Shown: positions 47,509 to 61,600 of the stretch, one piece after another
Layout: every line of letters begins with the position of its first letter
How positions within the stretch are numbered: position 1 is the stretch's first letter
Assembly (NCBI GenBank): GCA_009103225.1
Contig: RHPI01002262.1
Coordinates: 1-64,000, forward strand
Source of the DNA: Chlorokybus atmophyticus
Taxonomy: Eukaryota > Plantae > Mesostigma and Chlorokybus algae
DNA length: 64,000 nt
Reading direction: 5' to 3'
Position numbers and translations under genes: made by a program
The notes under the pieces: model-generated
The model's database searches: none
Seen by the model: only the letters and a program-made list of their open reading frames with translations
What the model was told of the DNA's origin: nothing

Positions 47509-48973
47509 TTGAGACCCGGGTTCGATTTCTGCCTTGCACACAGTTTTTCGCGGTCGTTGTTTCTCGATCCAATAACATCGTAATTGGTCGCTTTACAAGT
47601 GCCATCATCGATGGGTCGCGACTTGCCTAATGGCAGTCGCGCCGAACTGACCAGTTCAATCGGTGCGGCAAGGCGCGACTTGCCTATTGCGGCGACGCGA
47701 CCTGTGGGGCCGGCAGCGTTTCGCTATGCGCGCGTTGACCGGTATGGGCCTAAATTGGCCGGTCCTTGGGTGGTGGGTGTTGGGCTTCGCGGGGTCGAGG
47801 GCTGGTGTGTCTCGAGCGGTTGAGCTGTAGCTGGTAGCAGCACAATGCTGCATGCAGATGATCAGCACATATACATATATTGTGGTACATATGCAGAACG
47901 GCATGTGAGAAAGCAAACAAAGTACCCCCATGTTGAAGATACTTGCAGTAAGGAAACTGCATGATGATTCGGTGTGGTATCGCTGACACTGTCGCGGACG
48001 TGTAGCGTGAGTCAACAAGCCATTATTATTGCGTAATGCTGTGACGCAGTTCCTTGCACTGAGATGAATGGGAAGTTTCTACTGTTAAGTGAGGTGAATG
48101 AATGCAACAACCATAATGATGCTACACCCAGAATGCAACTAGCACACTGCCCACATACGTGCAACCAAGTCCACACCCATGACAGCAGTACCGTGTAAAG
48201 CGAGGTACTCGCTACACAGTAGTAGAGGTTTTCTCGGCAATCGGGACAGCTTGTTGTGCACAATCGGATTCCCTTCACAGCCTGCTGGTTGTGCGCGATA
48301 GGCAGAACACCAAGTCCACACACAGCAAACTCACCCAAGTCAAGCGCACACACGCACCCGGCATGCACAACTTAACTTAAGACTTCTCACTCACAGTATC
48401 ACCATGTATACAAGTACACAGTCTGTCTACTTATACAACCGTATGAACACGTGTGAGTCATTAGTTCAGCAAGCCTAACTGGGCTAATCATGGCTATGTG
48501 GTAGCTGTTCACTACTGAACTGTCTAGTTTAAACGGGCAGAAAGCGAGTCTGTCCGCGGGCAATGAGATAGACTCACAACGGATCAGCTAGGTGCGAGGG
48601 ACCTCCTGATCGGAATTTCCAAGGCTTGGACTGGACCGCGAGGTTGGGTGGTCGACTTCCAACGTATGGCTAGGAAGTTGTGGGCGTAGGGTTGGAACTC
48701 CAACGTATCAGCTATGCGGGGTACCTACGAGGACCGCCTTGGAACTGTCAAGTCGTTAGGAATGACTGATGCCAGTAGCGCGGGAGAGTCGGACTGGTTG
48801 AAGCGGATTGCTATGCCAATAGCCCGTGAGGTGGGCTGGATGTAGGCATACCCGTGGAGAATAAACCCTCCTAGACGGTTAGCATGACATGGGGCCGGTG
48901 ACCGACCCTAATCAGACCCCTGGGATGATTCCCCAGCTGATGCGAGCCAGCTGCCTAGGACGTCAGCGTTCTT

Positions 48974-48985
48974 AAGTGGGGGGAA
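48974..48985 (+). promoter_or_regulatory. Polypurine tract AAGTGGGGGGAA
   Basis: It immediately precedes the 3' LTR. Confidence 0.75.
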
Positions 48986-49064
48986 TGTAACGGGAAGGTA
49001 CATTACATTACCACAAATCGACCATCAAAATACAAAATCTTTTATGGTCGAGTGGGCTATGACA
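48986..49064 (+). repeat. 3' LTR (79 bp)
   Basis: tgtaacgggaaggtacatt...gagtgggctatgaca. Confidence 0.85.
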
Positions 49065-51306
49065 TAATTTTAATAAACTTAGCAATAACTTAGGCTACAA
49101 CCAATACTTGTATGTCACATAAAGGTCTCGATGTTGATACATTGGCGCATTTGAATGACAAAGTGCGGGATTTGAGAAATGACGATTATTTGTACGTTAG
49201 CCGCTATGTGGATATGGTAAAGTTAAACGGGTTTAGTATTTAGGTATTAGCGTATAGCCCGCTGCTTATTGTTGTACATGTTAATTGAAGGCAAGCTACA
49301 CATTTCGAACGGGGAGGGGGGGGAGGGGGGGGGGTGTCATGATTTGCTTGCTTGGCTTCTTGTCATTGTACATTGCATGTAAGATCCAGCATTCGTATTG
49401 TTGTATAATCGGTCAATGCGAGTTTATAAGTAAAGCCATTCCAACCTCAGAAGATGCTTGTCCCGCAGCATGCAAAATACATTGAGAGCTCGACCCTCGA
49501 CTGTAAACGCACTAGCAAATATCGGTGAACGCTCCCCTTTTTTTGCATCTCACATATAAGTTGTGTGTGAACCATATACACTTGCCCTTTACTACTGTGC
49601 AAGATCAAACATGCCGTGCATTAACAATCTTAAAAGCACCTTTATTTGCGTATACTTGAAATCAATATTCAACACGACGTGCACTGCCAATGTTTAAAAA
49701 CCTCAGAAAAAAGTTTAAATAGGTGTTTATGTGAAGTAACTTATGTTTCGCTATGTGATGGGGAGCAAAGATATAGTTATGCTACTTATGATCGGCTTTG
49801 GATTATCATATGCAACAATTAATGACCCATACTGTTTTTTGAACCAATGCTTCGTTTTATATTGGACTTCATAAGCGCCTTGATTGATTTAATAAATCCT
49901 CCGCATCGTTTGGGTCAGATTGTTGAACGCCTTTAAGGTGGAATTTTTGCTGAACGTTAATTACGACCATCTCACCACCCTTCCCCTATTTTATGTATTT
50001 GACATGACACGCCGCTATGCGATGTATAAATATCAACGCGTTTGCGCTAAAACCGTTTTTGCAACATGCAATGCAACAATATGATACGGCCCAAAACAAA
50101 AATGACTACATACGTATGCCATGACATGATGAATCTTGCAAGTATGACCTTGTGGAAAGGCCTAGCGTTTATACATATTTATTAACAAACAACGAATTCA
50201 CTGCCATCGACGTACCGTGCCACAACTTGTTGTTCAAACCGTTGAAGATGAATGGCATTCACGCTTTTTACCGTCAATGATACGCTACTATATTTCTCGT
50301 ATATATGGAGTTCATAATGTCCCACATCAAGTGCAATCCGCTTAATTGCTTATATTATTGAAACGATGTTTTTGTGATCAACGCACCTCACTCCATAGTT
50401 GAATGATGACAGTAACAAGTACACATAAACATTTTCATTCATCAACCACCTTCTACAATTATCATGAATGGTGTAAGTCAAAAACTTATAAAGTGCGACA
50501 ATTATGTTCAATCATAACGCAATCGCGCTATGCATTGAATGCACAAGTCCGAGAAGCGCAGAACTTGGTTGTGTTCTGTTTTTATGTAATAATGTTTAGT
50601 ATAACAACTTGCACAATTAAAACTACTCTTGTTCATGATTTTGATAAAGCGTAACTTACTTTTACGAAATTGTTGTGGCATCAATGTATCTAACTTCCAT
50701 TATTTGAATGTCCCCATCTTAGGGGGACATCGCTCTAACTTACCATAAAAGGAGTGAAGCAATGCATGGTAAAGTGACGCGCGTGTTGAAAATGCTTGCG
50801 TCCGGCCGGGCCTAGCAGCTAGTTGCGTCACCGGTCCTACACCTTGTCATGCCATAGTGCTCAGCAAAATTAATTGACTGGTCAATCGCTTCCTGCCTCG
50901 CGTGAAGCGAGCTGCCAGCTGGTACGGTGCAGACCTTGTCATGTGACCTCGTCACCATGGCACACAGCCGTGCTCAGCGGATGAAGCGGCGGTTTATGGG
51001 GTTCTAAGTAGGGTTAGGGCCCTTACGATGCGGACCGCAGCTCCCCAAGATGCCCCGCCGTCATGGAATATCCTCTACAGTACAAAGAAAGCATTGTCCG
51101 TTTCGCAGCCGCCACCGCTCAGCATGGACTGCGCACCCCGCGGCTTGGTCCACCCATTGGACGGAAGCGCGTCGCTTTATCTCCGCGGTTGGCATCTTGT
51201 GTCCGCCGGACGCGGCATCTCGGACGTTGTCTTTGTATGTGCCGAGCATGTCTGGGTCTGGTCACGTCACGCGCGGCGCGGAGAAGCTGTTGTGTCGGGT
51301 GGAGCC

Positions 51307-51314
51307 TATATAAA
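51307..51314 (+). promoter_or_regulatory. TATA box (TATATAAA)
   Basis: It lies ~90 bp upstream of the ATG at 51406 and is followed by a pyrimidine-rich leader. Confidence 0.6.
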
Positions 51315-51405
51315 GTAGACGCAGACGGTAGCTTGTTCAGAACAGCCCCTCAGCCCCTCAGCCTTCCTTCTCTTGTCTAGTCTCATCCTTGTTGTTGTCG
51401 TCGCC

Positions 51406-52922
51406 ATGGCTCGCGCCGCCGTCTCCGTCGTTGCTCTCGTCCTGGTCCTGGCTGGCGTCGCCTGCGCCGCCACCGTTCCGCTGCAGATCGGGTCTCACCC
51501 TGCGTCCCAGACCGCCCTGCTCGGTAAGGGCGACATGATGCAGTGTGCTTGCATGGCGTGCATGCACAAAGAGTGGCATGCACGCATGTGTAACTGCAAC
51601 CTTCTATGCCTGTCTGTCAATGACCACTCATTAACAGTGTGTCTTTACTCAATGTCTTGCAGTCCAGAGCGGTGTCGGCGCTGCCAACTACCCTGTGGCC
51701 GGCGGCATCACCCTCGCCTTCGCTGTAAGCACCCTCTCTTGCTGTGGTTGTCGCAGCACCGTTGCGAGGCCAATGCAGCTGTAACGCTCTACTTTGTAGT
51801 ACACTTGACCTGACGTGGCTTCTTCTTCTTCTGCTATTACCTACAGGCCAATGTGACCAACATTCGCCGCGCTGGAACCATCACCGCCGCTGATGGCCAG
51901 TCCTTCGCCGCCGTCTCCTACATCGATGTAAGCACCAACACCTTGGTTCTACAATCTCCCATGCCTACACCTACCACCCCACTCATTCACACATACGCAT
52001 GTCCACCCAGGTGGCTGCGGACTCCGGCCTTGTCGCTGACAGCCCCCACGTGGCCGTCCATAACGGCGCCCTGTACGGCGTGTACATCCTGTCCTCCGGC
52101 GTGATCAAGATCGCCAAGGCCAACGCCGCCGGCACCGTGTGGTCCGGCCAGGTGGCTCTGCCCGCCTCTCTGCCAGGTGCCTCCAAGCGTCCTCAGATGT
52201 TCCAGTTCGGTACCGCCCTGTACGCCGCCTACCCCGACAACACCGTCAGCAACACCATCAGGATCATCAAGTCGACCACACCGGCCACCGCAACCTCCTG
52301 GACGCTCGCCGCCACGCTGTCGTCAACAACACCCTCCACATGCGGACTGTCGGTCTTCAACGGAGTCCTCTACGCCGGGTGGCGCGACGGCACCGCCGTA
52401 AGTGCCGAGCGTGTGTGCGTGCGTATCCTTGGTGATACATTGGTCACCTGATGTTGTGGTGTTGACTGATGCTTGCTACCCATGCAGACCACTGCTGGTA
52501 CCCTTTATTTGTCCTCGTCCACCACCGGCTCCACCTGGACGGCTGCCATCTCTCTGGGCTCCGACACCACCACCATCAAGGGCCCCGGACTGGCCTCCCA
52601 CAACGGCCAGTTCTACATGGGTTTCCTCGGCACCGCCACCGGCAACATCCAGTACAAGAGCAGTAACACACCCGGCACCGCCGCAAGCTGGCCCGCGGCG
52701 ACACCCGTCAACACCGTCGACACCACCAACCACCACGTGAGTGTAGTGACGCACACACGTACATGTGGACACCTACCACCACTGTTCTAACCTCCCTTTG
52801 TATCTTCATAGTGTGCACCCATTGAGGTCACTACCCTTGGTGGCAAGAAGGAGCTGCGCATTGGCTTCAACGCTGCCAACGATGCTGTCAATGCACGCAT
52901 CGCAGAGATCATCGCCTACTAA
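51406..52922 (+). CDS. Secreted Thr/Ala/Ser-rich protein with repeated beta-propeller-like blades (sialidase-like/lectin-like)
   Basis: The signal peptide is MARAAVSVVALVLVLAGVACA. Repeats read VAVHNGALYGVY..VWS, MFQFGTALYAAY..SWT, LSVFNGVLYAGW..TWT and LASHNGQFYMGF..SWP. GT-AG introns join in frame to the TAA at 52920-52922, and third positions are strongly C-biased. Confidence 0.8.
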
Positions 52923-54128
52923 GCACCCAAAAGGGCAGAGTAGTAGTTGCTGCCCAGCGTTGAGACTTCTCTCACTCTCTTTGGAGTAGTAGAGTTGACA
53001 TTTTTGCATTGCACAGAGCAGTTTTGACCCAGTACCCTTAGATCACCCTCGCACCTCACTTGTTCTAGTCGGCATTCGACATCTTAGGCATGGCCTTAGG
53101 GACAGTTGAATCCCTGCACTAATTAAACCAAATCCCCTGACTCTGATATTTGGTCTACGCCCTGTGAATGGTCTTCTTGTCCGATGTATAAAGATTGGTG
53201 TGCAGATGGATGTAGACCCATGCATTCCGTGTGACAATGAATGAATCAAGCATTACATGCACTGTACTGGTCGGTGTAGACCGTACACACTCACACATTC
53301 ATCTGGGTTTATTGTGTGGCGGTAGGCCAGTTTGAACATTGCATATCACCTAGAAATGCAAGTATGCATTACTCCACACCTTACTACCAAGTTGTGTACA
53401 TGCGCAAGCAATAGAAATTTTGGTGAGTTGAGTTGTTAGCTTGCGGCAGAGCCCAGGATGTTTTGCAATCAAGCAGGTGTGACCAAGTGACATGCCGCCT
53501 CGTGTTGAACACATGATATGCTAGTCAGTTCATAACCAAAAATAGCGACATGTTGGCATTCTTCTGCTCACACAAGTCCGTTATTTACAAACCCTGCAAG
53601 CTTTTCGCGTGTTCCCACACCCGTGTTGTCACACACGCCAGCGGCGCCGCACATCAACGCAGACTCGCGCACGCACACACACACGCACACGCGCATACAT
53701 GTACACACTCTCGGATACTGTGCTGTATGGAGTGCCAGCATCAGTGTATCGAAAACCCAAATTGCTGTCAGCATGTCTGGTTTTAACTCCAAATATTTGG
53801 ACCAACTGACTGTTGACTCCAATTGTGTGCCAATCTCATCAATAAGATGAACTTTGGCGTCAGGTATCAGTACTGCATAAGCCGCACTTTGCGCTTGCGG
53901 TACACGGCTCACATGAAGCTATGTATCAGGCGAGTCACTGCAACATACGCGCTGAAAGATATACAATGAATGTGTGTGCACTGTCACGTCGTCATAACTA
54001 CCACACGCCACAGTATTTTCTACCCATCAATCTGTATAGCATTGCCATAATCCAAATACCTACTGGCATAGTACTCGATTAACCCGTTTGTAAACCCACA
54101 CACACTCTTTACTATTCTGTATACACAC

Positions 54129-57100
54129 TCAGTACATCTCAGCCATTATCAACAACACAAGCGCCGTCCATCCAGTGAACGGGTGCGATCCCTTTCCTTG
54201 TCCTTCTTCCCCAACATACTGCTCCCACACGTACCCGCTCTCCTCATACCTCCTCAACACATTGGCCAACACGTTGCCACGCAGCTCCGCGTACACCTCT
54301 CCCGCTCTTTGCGCGTGTGGACTAGGTTGTTGTTGTTGTTGTGTAAGAGAGTAGTGTTTCAATGCTCCAAGTGCGAGGTAGTTGATGTTGACCCACACGG
54401 GCCCGCGCCAGTACGGCCCGTCGTGCTCGGTGTTGTACTTGTTGTAGAGAGGGGAGGAGAGGGAGAGAGAGCGAAGACCGTAGGGAGTCCACAACAGACG
54501 CTCGTCACGGATGTGGGCAAGCATTGCCCCCAACACATCCGAATCCTGCGATGAGATTGATTGTGACGAGAAAGCAACATACTTGTTGTGCTACAAGACT
54601 GACACACTCGCGCGCACACGTGTGCACACACACGTCTGCACGCGCACGCACATGCGCATGTGGAATTGTGTCTGTATGTGTGTATGTGGACATACCGTGG
54701 GTAGCAGTTTCATGAGCAAGGGGAAGAGGCTGACGTATCCAAAATGTGGTATGAGTCGCGGTTGTGGCGTGCCCGATACGTGTCTTCGCAGCACGCGCGT
54801 GCGCACCAACTGTCCCGTTGCCATCGCCTTCACCTCCTCTTCCCACCTCAACTCCACCTTATCCGTGTGATTCCCATAATCAAAGTACATCTGCTTCTGC
54901 TCATGAAGCTGAAGCCTGTCCAACTCACTGATATCAGCTAACCGAGCCGCGGTGGCGATATACTTGTCCACGGTGTTGATATCGGTACCGCTGGCAAGGG
55001 CAATATCGGCCATACAGGAGGATGCCAGCGCCATCCAGCAGCGTAGATCGACATGGCGCTCGATGTCGGACGGGTGGGAGGCGCGCGGGTAGTCATCTAA
55101 TCCCGACGTAAGGGTTTTAGCGTTGAGTTCAACGTTGGTGTGCTTGCGGCCACGCCATCGGTAGGAACCCGGCTCGGGACCTGTTTGTGTTGTGTTGAAC
55201 CACTTGTACCAGGCTGCAAGACGGCTGAAACTGGCGGATAGAAAGTCTGCGTCGTCGATGTCGCCATCGCCCGCAGTCATGCCCCTCGCCATGTCTGTGC
55301 ATATATAGCAAGTAGCACGGATGTATCAGTATAAAGCTATAACCCACAGATGGTTGATATGAGTGCGAGCGCGTGTATACACGCATGCGCTTGCCTGACA
55401 GCGGCAGGAAGAGTGTGGGTGGGTTGGCGTCGCTCGTACGCTGGACAACGAACTCCGCTGGCACCCTCCTGTTATTGATCACGATCATGTGTGCCACACT
55501 TCTCCAAACAGTCAGCAACACTCATGTGCAGATTGTAACTCCACCTGCGTGCCTCGTCACCGAGTATCTGCTCGCGCGCAATCCACCCCTGCTGGTTCAT
55601 GAGATCAAGCCAATGGGCAAGTATGTCCCGGCTCAGCGCAGGGTCCCACCTCCTGCGTGACAACGGAAGCTGAGCATCAGTCCCACACACAAACCCACAT
55701 GATGAAAGTTGTCACACCCACCGTATGAGCAAGTGGTGGAAGCCCTCGTCCCACAAGAAACCTCTCGGGAAGAATGACCGGCTAGGCGTGGCCGTGAACA
55801 GCGCGTACGGGCCGTACTCGTACACCTCACCACCCTGATAACAAGTTGACACATATGCACACACACACACGCGCACGCATGCACACAGAGAGTGAGCACA
55901 TCCAAAGTTGACACAACCACCACACACAACCATATACCCACCGTGTCTCCCTTCGCTTTGGCCACCACCGACGACCCGTAAAAATATCCGATCCCTCCCA
56001 ACAGGTTGCTCAGTGCCGCTTTCCCCAACTCAACCATCTCATCACTCGTAACAACCCCCTCTCGCTCCCTCAGCCCAAATGTCTTCTCAAACCTTTCATC
56101 AAATGCAGTCTCTTGCGCTTGGATTAGAGCGGTTAAGCTCTCACCGGAAAGTGTGGGTAAGTTGTTGTTGTTGGAGAAGGAGATGTCCAGCGTGAAGGGT
56201 AGCTCCGCGGTGAGTTGGTATATTGCCACGTTGTTGCCGTGAGAGGCGGTGTTGGGGAGCTCCAAGCGGTTCACCCTCGCTGCCTGTGGGCATACATGGT
56301 GTGTATGTATATACTACTATGAGCGCGACGCATTTTGCTTGCGGGTGCGAGTACTTGTATGTATATATACATATGGTTGTAAATCATGCAGACATGTGGA
56401 CATGCGCATGTTTGCGTGTGCATATGTGCATGTGAAGAACTATGTTCGGGCATGTGTACACGTATGTATGCGCACACGGACACATGAGCACACACGCACG
56501 CACGCTCACTCTCTCTCTCCTGTACATATGTGGCGTGCAGAACTAAACTACACTTTATGAAACAAAGTCGCGCACACGCACATGAACTTGCAGTTGTTGT
56601 CGTCACTCACCCTTTCGTGCAATAGCCCCTGAACGAGCTGCGTGAAGTTGTGGAAGTGCATCGTGTTCACGCCCGCATACCGCACGCGACCCCCCACACC
56701 CTGCAACACAACATAACATATCAAATGACAACTCAACAACACAACAACACTCCCAACATCCCAACAATCAATCTCACCTCATCTGCAACGCTCAAAGTCC
56801 AGTTGCCGAAATAAGCCGACACGCCATGCGCAAAGTCATCACCCGCACTCTTCATCACCAACGCCACGTCCTTGTTGGCACCCTTTTTCTTCTTATTCTT
56901 CTTCCTTCTCGCGGCCGACACATCCGCGGGGTAACCCGTCTCATCCCCAACATAAAACAAGATGGACAACTCCCTCTTCACACTAGTATCACTACTCTCG
57001 GCTTGCACGCGCACGGCCCAATGATGTGGACTTGTGGTTGTTGTGTCATCTTCACGTTGTGGTTTGATGAAGTGTGTCGTGAGCGTGTAGTCCCCGTCTC

Positions 57101-58271
57101 TGATATGTTGGCGTGCGTAGCCGCGCCCGTCGTGTCGAACCCAACCGTACTTGTCGAGGTGGTCTCCCTCCTCGCACTCGTGACGCAGATTCAACTCGCC
57201 ACCGGGTCGTTGAGGGTCGAACCACATCAACCCAGCCACGAGGGACCGCGCCAACCTGCACATCGTGTCGTTGTTGTGATGAGAGAGTTGGGTGTGATTA
57301 AGATTTGTGCTAGTGTGTTGTACCGTGGGCGTATGCCGAGGTAGAGGTGTGGGCGGTATGTGCCCCACAGGAGAGATGCCGCGTGTGTGCCGCCGAATTG
57401 CGGGAGCTGAGTGATCCTTCGCCCCCTGAGGGAGAGTGTGCGTGTGTAGTTGTGCATTGTGTTTTTGTCCAACACATAGTCGTAAACATGCTTACGTGTG
57501 GGGAGTGAGGGCGGGGTCGGGTGGCGGGTGAAGGACGCGCCGTGCGATGAAGAGGAAGGCCACAAAGGTCGCGCACCACGCCGCCACCTCCGCTTGCCTG
57601 CGCGCATGAGCACGTGTGGGCATGCATGTACACACAAACGTGCATGGATGCATGCAGGTAATGGTCACGGGCATGAACTGTTAGCTTGTTGTATATAGCA
57701 GGCTCGAATAACTAAGAAGCTGATCGCTGCTGAGGGTAAGTCTGCTTGCCTAGTTGAACGTGTCATTTATAGGTTCACATGACTAAAGAGTGTCACAGTG
57801 AAGAATACAAATCCAAAACCAAGAACGAGAGGTTCCACACAACAGTGGCATTTTGTTGCACAGCTTTTGGCTCTCGGACCAAGCAAGGTCAGCCAGCTGT
57901 TCAACAAGTTGTGTTTGTCTCAGCACTGGGTTAAGTGATGGCCCCCCATGCACAGTCTCGGATTGTATTAAGGCCTCAAGCAACTGAGTGCGGAATAAAA
58001 GCAATCTGATTACAAACATAACCATATGTAATGTGATAACGGACCGCTTGAACACGTTGTCTAGAAGCATTCGCTGCTTCTACACATTATCATCATCAAG
58101 TTTCATTTCTTCCATGTCATCAACAGACCTGCGCCATGAAGTGCCCGTTGGGGCTGCGGGACGCCCTGCTCCTCTCCCCGGCACCACCCTGGCCTCCTTG
58201 ACCTTCCCATCCTCTTTGACTCCTCCTCCTTGCCCCGCCGCCGCCGCCGCCGCCGCCTGCCTCCGCCTCAT
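54129..58271 (-). CDS. MOGS: Mannosyl-oligosaccharide glucosidase (ER glucosidase I, GH63)
   Basis: Motifs include [92 protein letters not shown] and GSHPFTGWT. The N-terminal TM reads [13 protein letters not shown]. Confidence 0.95.
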
Positions 58272-58638
58272 TGGCGCCCAACAGGGATCACTTGGTTTCA
58301 GCGATCCGACATGAGTCAATCCATCAGGATCACTGAGCAAGGTTTGGTAATCCAATGCAAGAGGCGATCAGAAGTGGATCACAAATGTCACACTGCACTC
58401 TTTTCTTTCTGCACAAGGAAACGCTGCTTGAGAAAATCTTGTCGTGGATTCACCACAGCGCGGCGACATAGTAAAGTCACGTGCGCCCAATTTAGCGTGA
58501 GCATGGGAGAGAACAGTGAGAGAGAGGCCTGGGCGGCGGCGGCGAAGGCGGCGGCGAGAGTGGCGTGGTCTAGGTGTGTGCATCTGTGTAATCATGTGGT
58601 GTTGGTAGGTAAGGGGGTCATAGGCTGACTGCTCCGCC

Positions 58639-61600
58639 ATGGGTTCCGCCTGCTCCACCCACCGCAGCCTGGACGCCGCCGGTGTGGTGGACCCCTCCTT
58701 GTCCGACTTGGACCCAGACAGCAAGCCAGGCCCTCCTCCTCCTCATACTATTTCCTCCACCAAGTCAGAAGCAGATCTAATAGTCGACAGATCATCCGCT
58801 CCCGCCGCTTCTACGCCCAACGCCGTCGCCGCCGCTGCCATCATCCAGGCCAGGCCGCCCAGCGGCAGGGCGCTGTCCGCGAGGCGAGGGCAGGGTCCCG
58901 GGACCCAAACCCAGGGAGATGCGCATAGAGGACCGGGACCGGGACCGGGAATGGATCCGGATCCAGGGGGTGGAACAGGTGAGATGGGATAGAGATGGAT
59001 GGGCGGGAATGCCTCTGTGTTGCAGCGTGATCAACACCAGTAAATGATCATTCAAGTACACACACATACAACACGCAGAGTACCATGCGCCCGTGCACAC
59101 GCCAACACCACCATGAACACAGTACTCACAACAGATACAGATACGCACACACACACATACACATGCATCAACGCCCGCGCACACGCGCATATGCACGAGC
59201 GCACACGTATTTTCAACAGGCTACAATGTTCACCCGTTGTGAGCATTTGTACAAGGTATGGATGCTAGGGAGGGTTGTGCGTGGCTAGCTGTCGCCTGTA
59301 GCTGTATACGATTGTGGATACGCACCCACCACGTTGTACCAAGCCACAGCCAACAGCATTGATGTGATGTTCCGCCATCGACAGCGCAGCACATGACCAT
59401 CATTAAGTACATCACGCAACCACACCAGAAGATTCATGCGTGTTGCCTCCCTTTCCCATTCCGTGCACTGTTGAACAACCATACGGCACCACTGCTGTCT
59501 CTGTAGCATGCTGCGCCAGCATGCACACATGGAATGTTGTCAACAAACACTTCACTGCCAACCCACACAGGACCGCCTCAACCGCCGCAACAACAAGCAG
59601 CACAACACGCACTACAACAACACCAGCCCTCACCCATACTTCCTGCTCCAGCACCTTCCATTCCAAGCAGTCGAGATAAGGATAAAGAGAAGGAGAAGGA
59701 GAAGAAGCCCACCGACTCACCTCCGCGCAACCCTTCGTTCGCGGGTCAGGGCGCCGAGTCCACGCGCATCGACCCGCGGGAGCTACAGTTCATCGAACGC
59801 ATCGGAGCGGGCACCTTTGGAGAGGTAGGCGATACTGTAGCACCGTATCAGTAATAAAACTGGTTATTGGGTCCTGTGTACAATGCAGACACGCGCGTAC
59901 GTAAAACACTCACACACTCGCGCACGCCCACATGCATGTGCATGTCGTGTATGTTCACGCGCGCACGCGCATACGCATCCTTCCTCAGTCACGCGTAAAC
60001 ACCTACACCCCACACCAGGTCTACCGCGGCAAGTGGTTGGGCAAGGACGTTGCCATCAAGCGTGTTCGCGCGGACGCTCGCCCAACCGGCTCCCAAATGG
60101 ACGAATTCCGTCGCGAAGTGGCCATACTGGAGAGTGTCCGCCACCCCAACTGCGTCTTATACATGGGTTGGTGCGAGAGTGGAGTCACGAGCGATGTGTG
60201 TATTGTGACCGAGTACGTGTCGGGTGGGACTTTGTATGATCGGTTGAGGAGGAGAGCCAGGGAGGACAAGGTGTTACCCTACAAGGTGTTGATCAAGGTG
60301 GCCAGAGATGTGTGCTTGGGGATGCTGTTCCTGCATCACAGGAGACCCAAAGTGTTGCACAGAGACTTGAAGAGCACCAACCTGCTTGTGGATAGACACT
60401 GGAACACCAAGCTGGCGGACTTTGGGATAAGTAGATTCTTGGAACACTCGGGGTCAACTGCGTTCATGTCAACACACAACAGCAACCACAACAACAATCC
60501 CAACAGTCACAACAACGTCCACATGATGACTCAAGCTGTGGGGTCTCCTGGCTGGATGGCTCCTGAACTATTCAAAGACAGGCCTTATGATGAGAAGGTG
60601 GACGTGTACTCGTACGCCATCGTGTTGTGGGAGTTGCTCACTCTCAAGTTGCCTTACGCGGGCGTGACGAGCGAGCCTCTCGTGTTGATCTATCGCGTGG
60701 TTAATGAGGGTCTTCGTCCCCACATCCCGCAGGATGCGCATCCCCTCATCGCCAATCTGATCAAAGATTGTTGGGCGCAAGAACCCGCATCGAGACCATC
60801 GTTTGATGTTATATTACAAAGGATTGATCTGATTGAGAAGGAGCTGGTGGTAAAGAAAGGTGTGGGAGAGAATGCTGCGGGAGAGAATGTTGGGGGGGAG
60901 AAAGCACACCAACATAACAACAATAACCCGCTGATAAACGTGCTATCGGCACCGCTCATGATTATGCAGCCGCTGGTGGGGGCGCACGCGGAAAACAACG
61001 TCAACCACAACCACAACTACAGCGGTGATAATGTGTGTGGAGTGGATAGCAAGAAGGCGCTGGCGTCGTTGCAGCTGTTGCTTCCTCCGCCGGCGAGTTG
61101 GCCCGCGCCCTCGCCAACAACAAACAACACCAACACCAACAAGACACCTCCTCCGGCACTGACTCCCTCTTCACAACAACAACAACAACAACTCCTCAAG
61201 CACGCGCCCGCCAACCTCCCCCTCGTCCGCATCCCCAGCTGGAAGATCAACCCAAACAACAACACCAACACCAACACCAACACCAACACAACACCCACTC
61301 CCAACAACAACATCCAACCCAACCCAGCAGCAAGGCCACACCGCACCTCATCCGACTCCTCCCTCCGCACCGCCCTCTGCCCCAAGTGCAACTTACCCGC
61401 CCACAACAAGAACTCCCAACAACACTCCTCCATCGTGCACGCGTTGGGTGCTACCTTCCACGCCGAGTGCTTTGCATGTGCTGCGTGCAACAAGCCCCTG
61501 GCGGGCCAGTCTTACCTGGAGAGAGAAGGGCGGCCGTATTGCAGTGAAGATTATTATCAGAGGTGTTTGGCGTGCGGGAAGGCGGTGAGGGGAGCCGCGG

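Larger units (their letters stand above)
47418..49064 (+). mobile_element. Non-autonomous LTR retroelement (TRIM-like, 1.65 kb) with very short LTRs and a 4-bp TSD TAAT
   Basis: TG...CA direct repeats lie at 47418-47495 and 48986-49064, with a PBS at 47497, a PPT at 48974 and TAAT on both flanks (47414-47417, 49065-49068). No gag/pol ORF was recognised. Confidence 0.85.

Noticed and set aside
51008-51020. TAGGGTTAGGG as a telo-box promoter element
   Set aside because: It is only two units and lacks the AAACCCTA consensus, so chance is plausible.
53740-53912. Minus-strand ORF with LIDEIG resembling a Walker B
   Set aside because: It is isolated, with no Walker A or linked exons.
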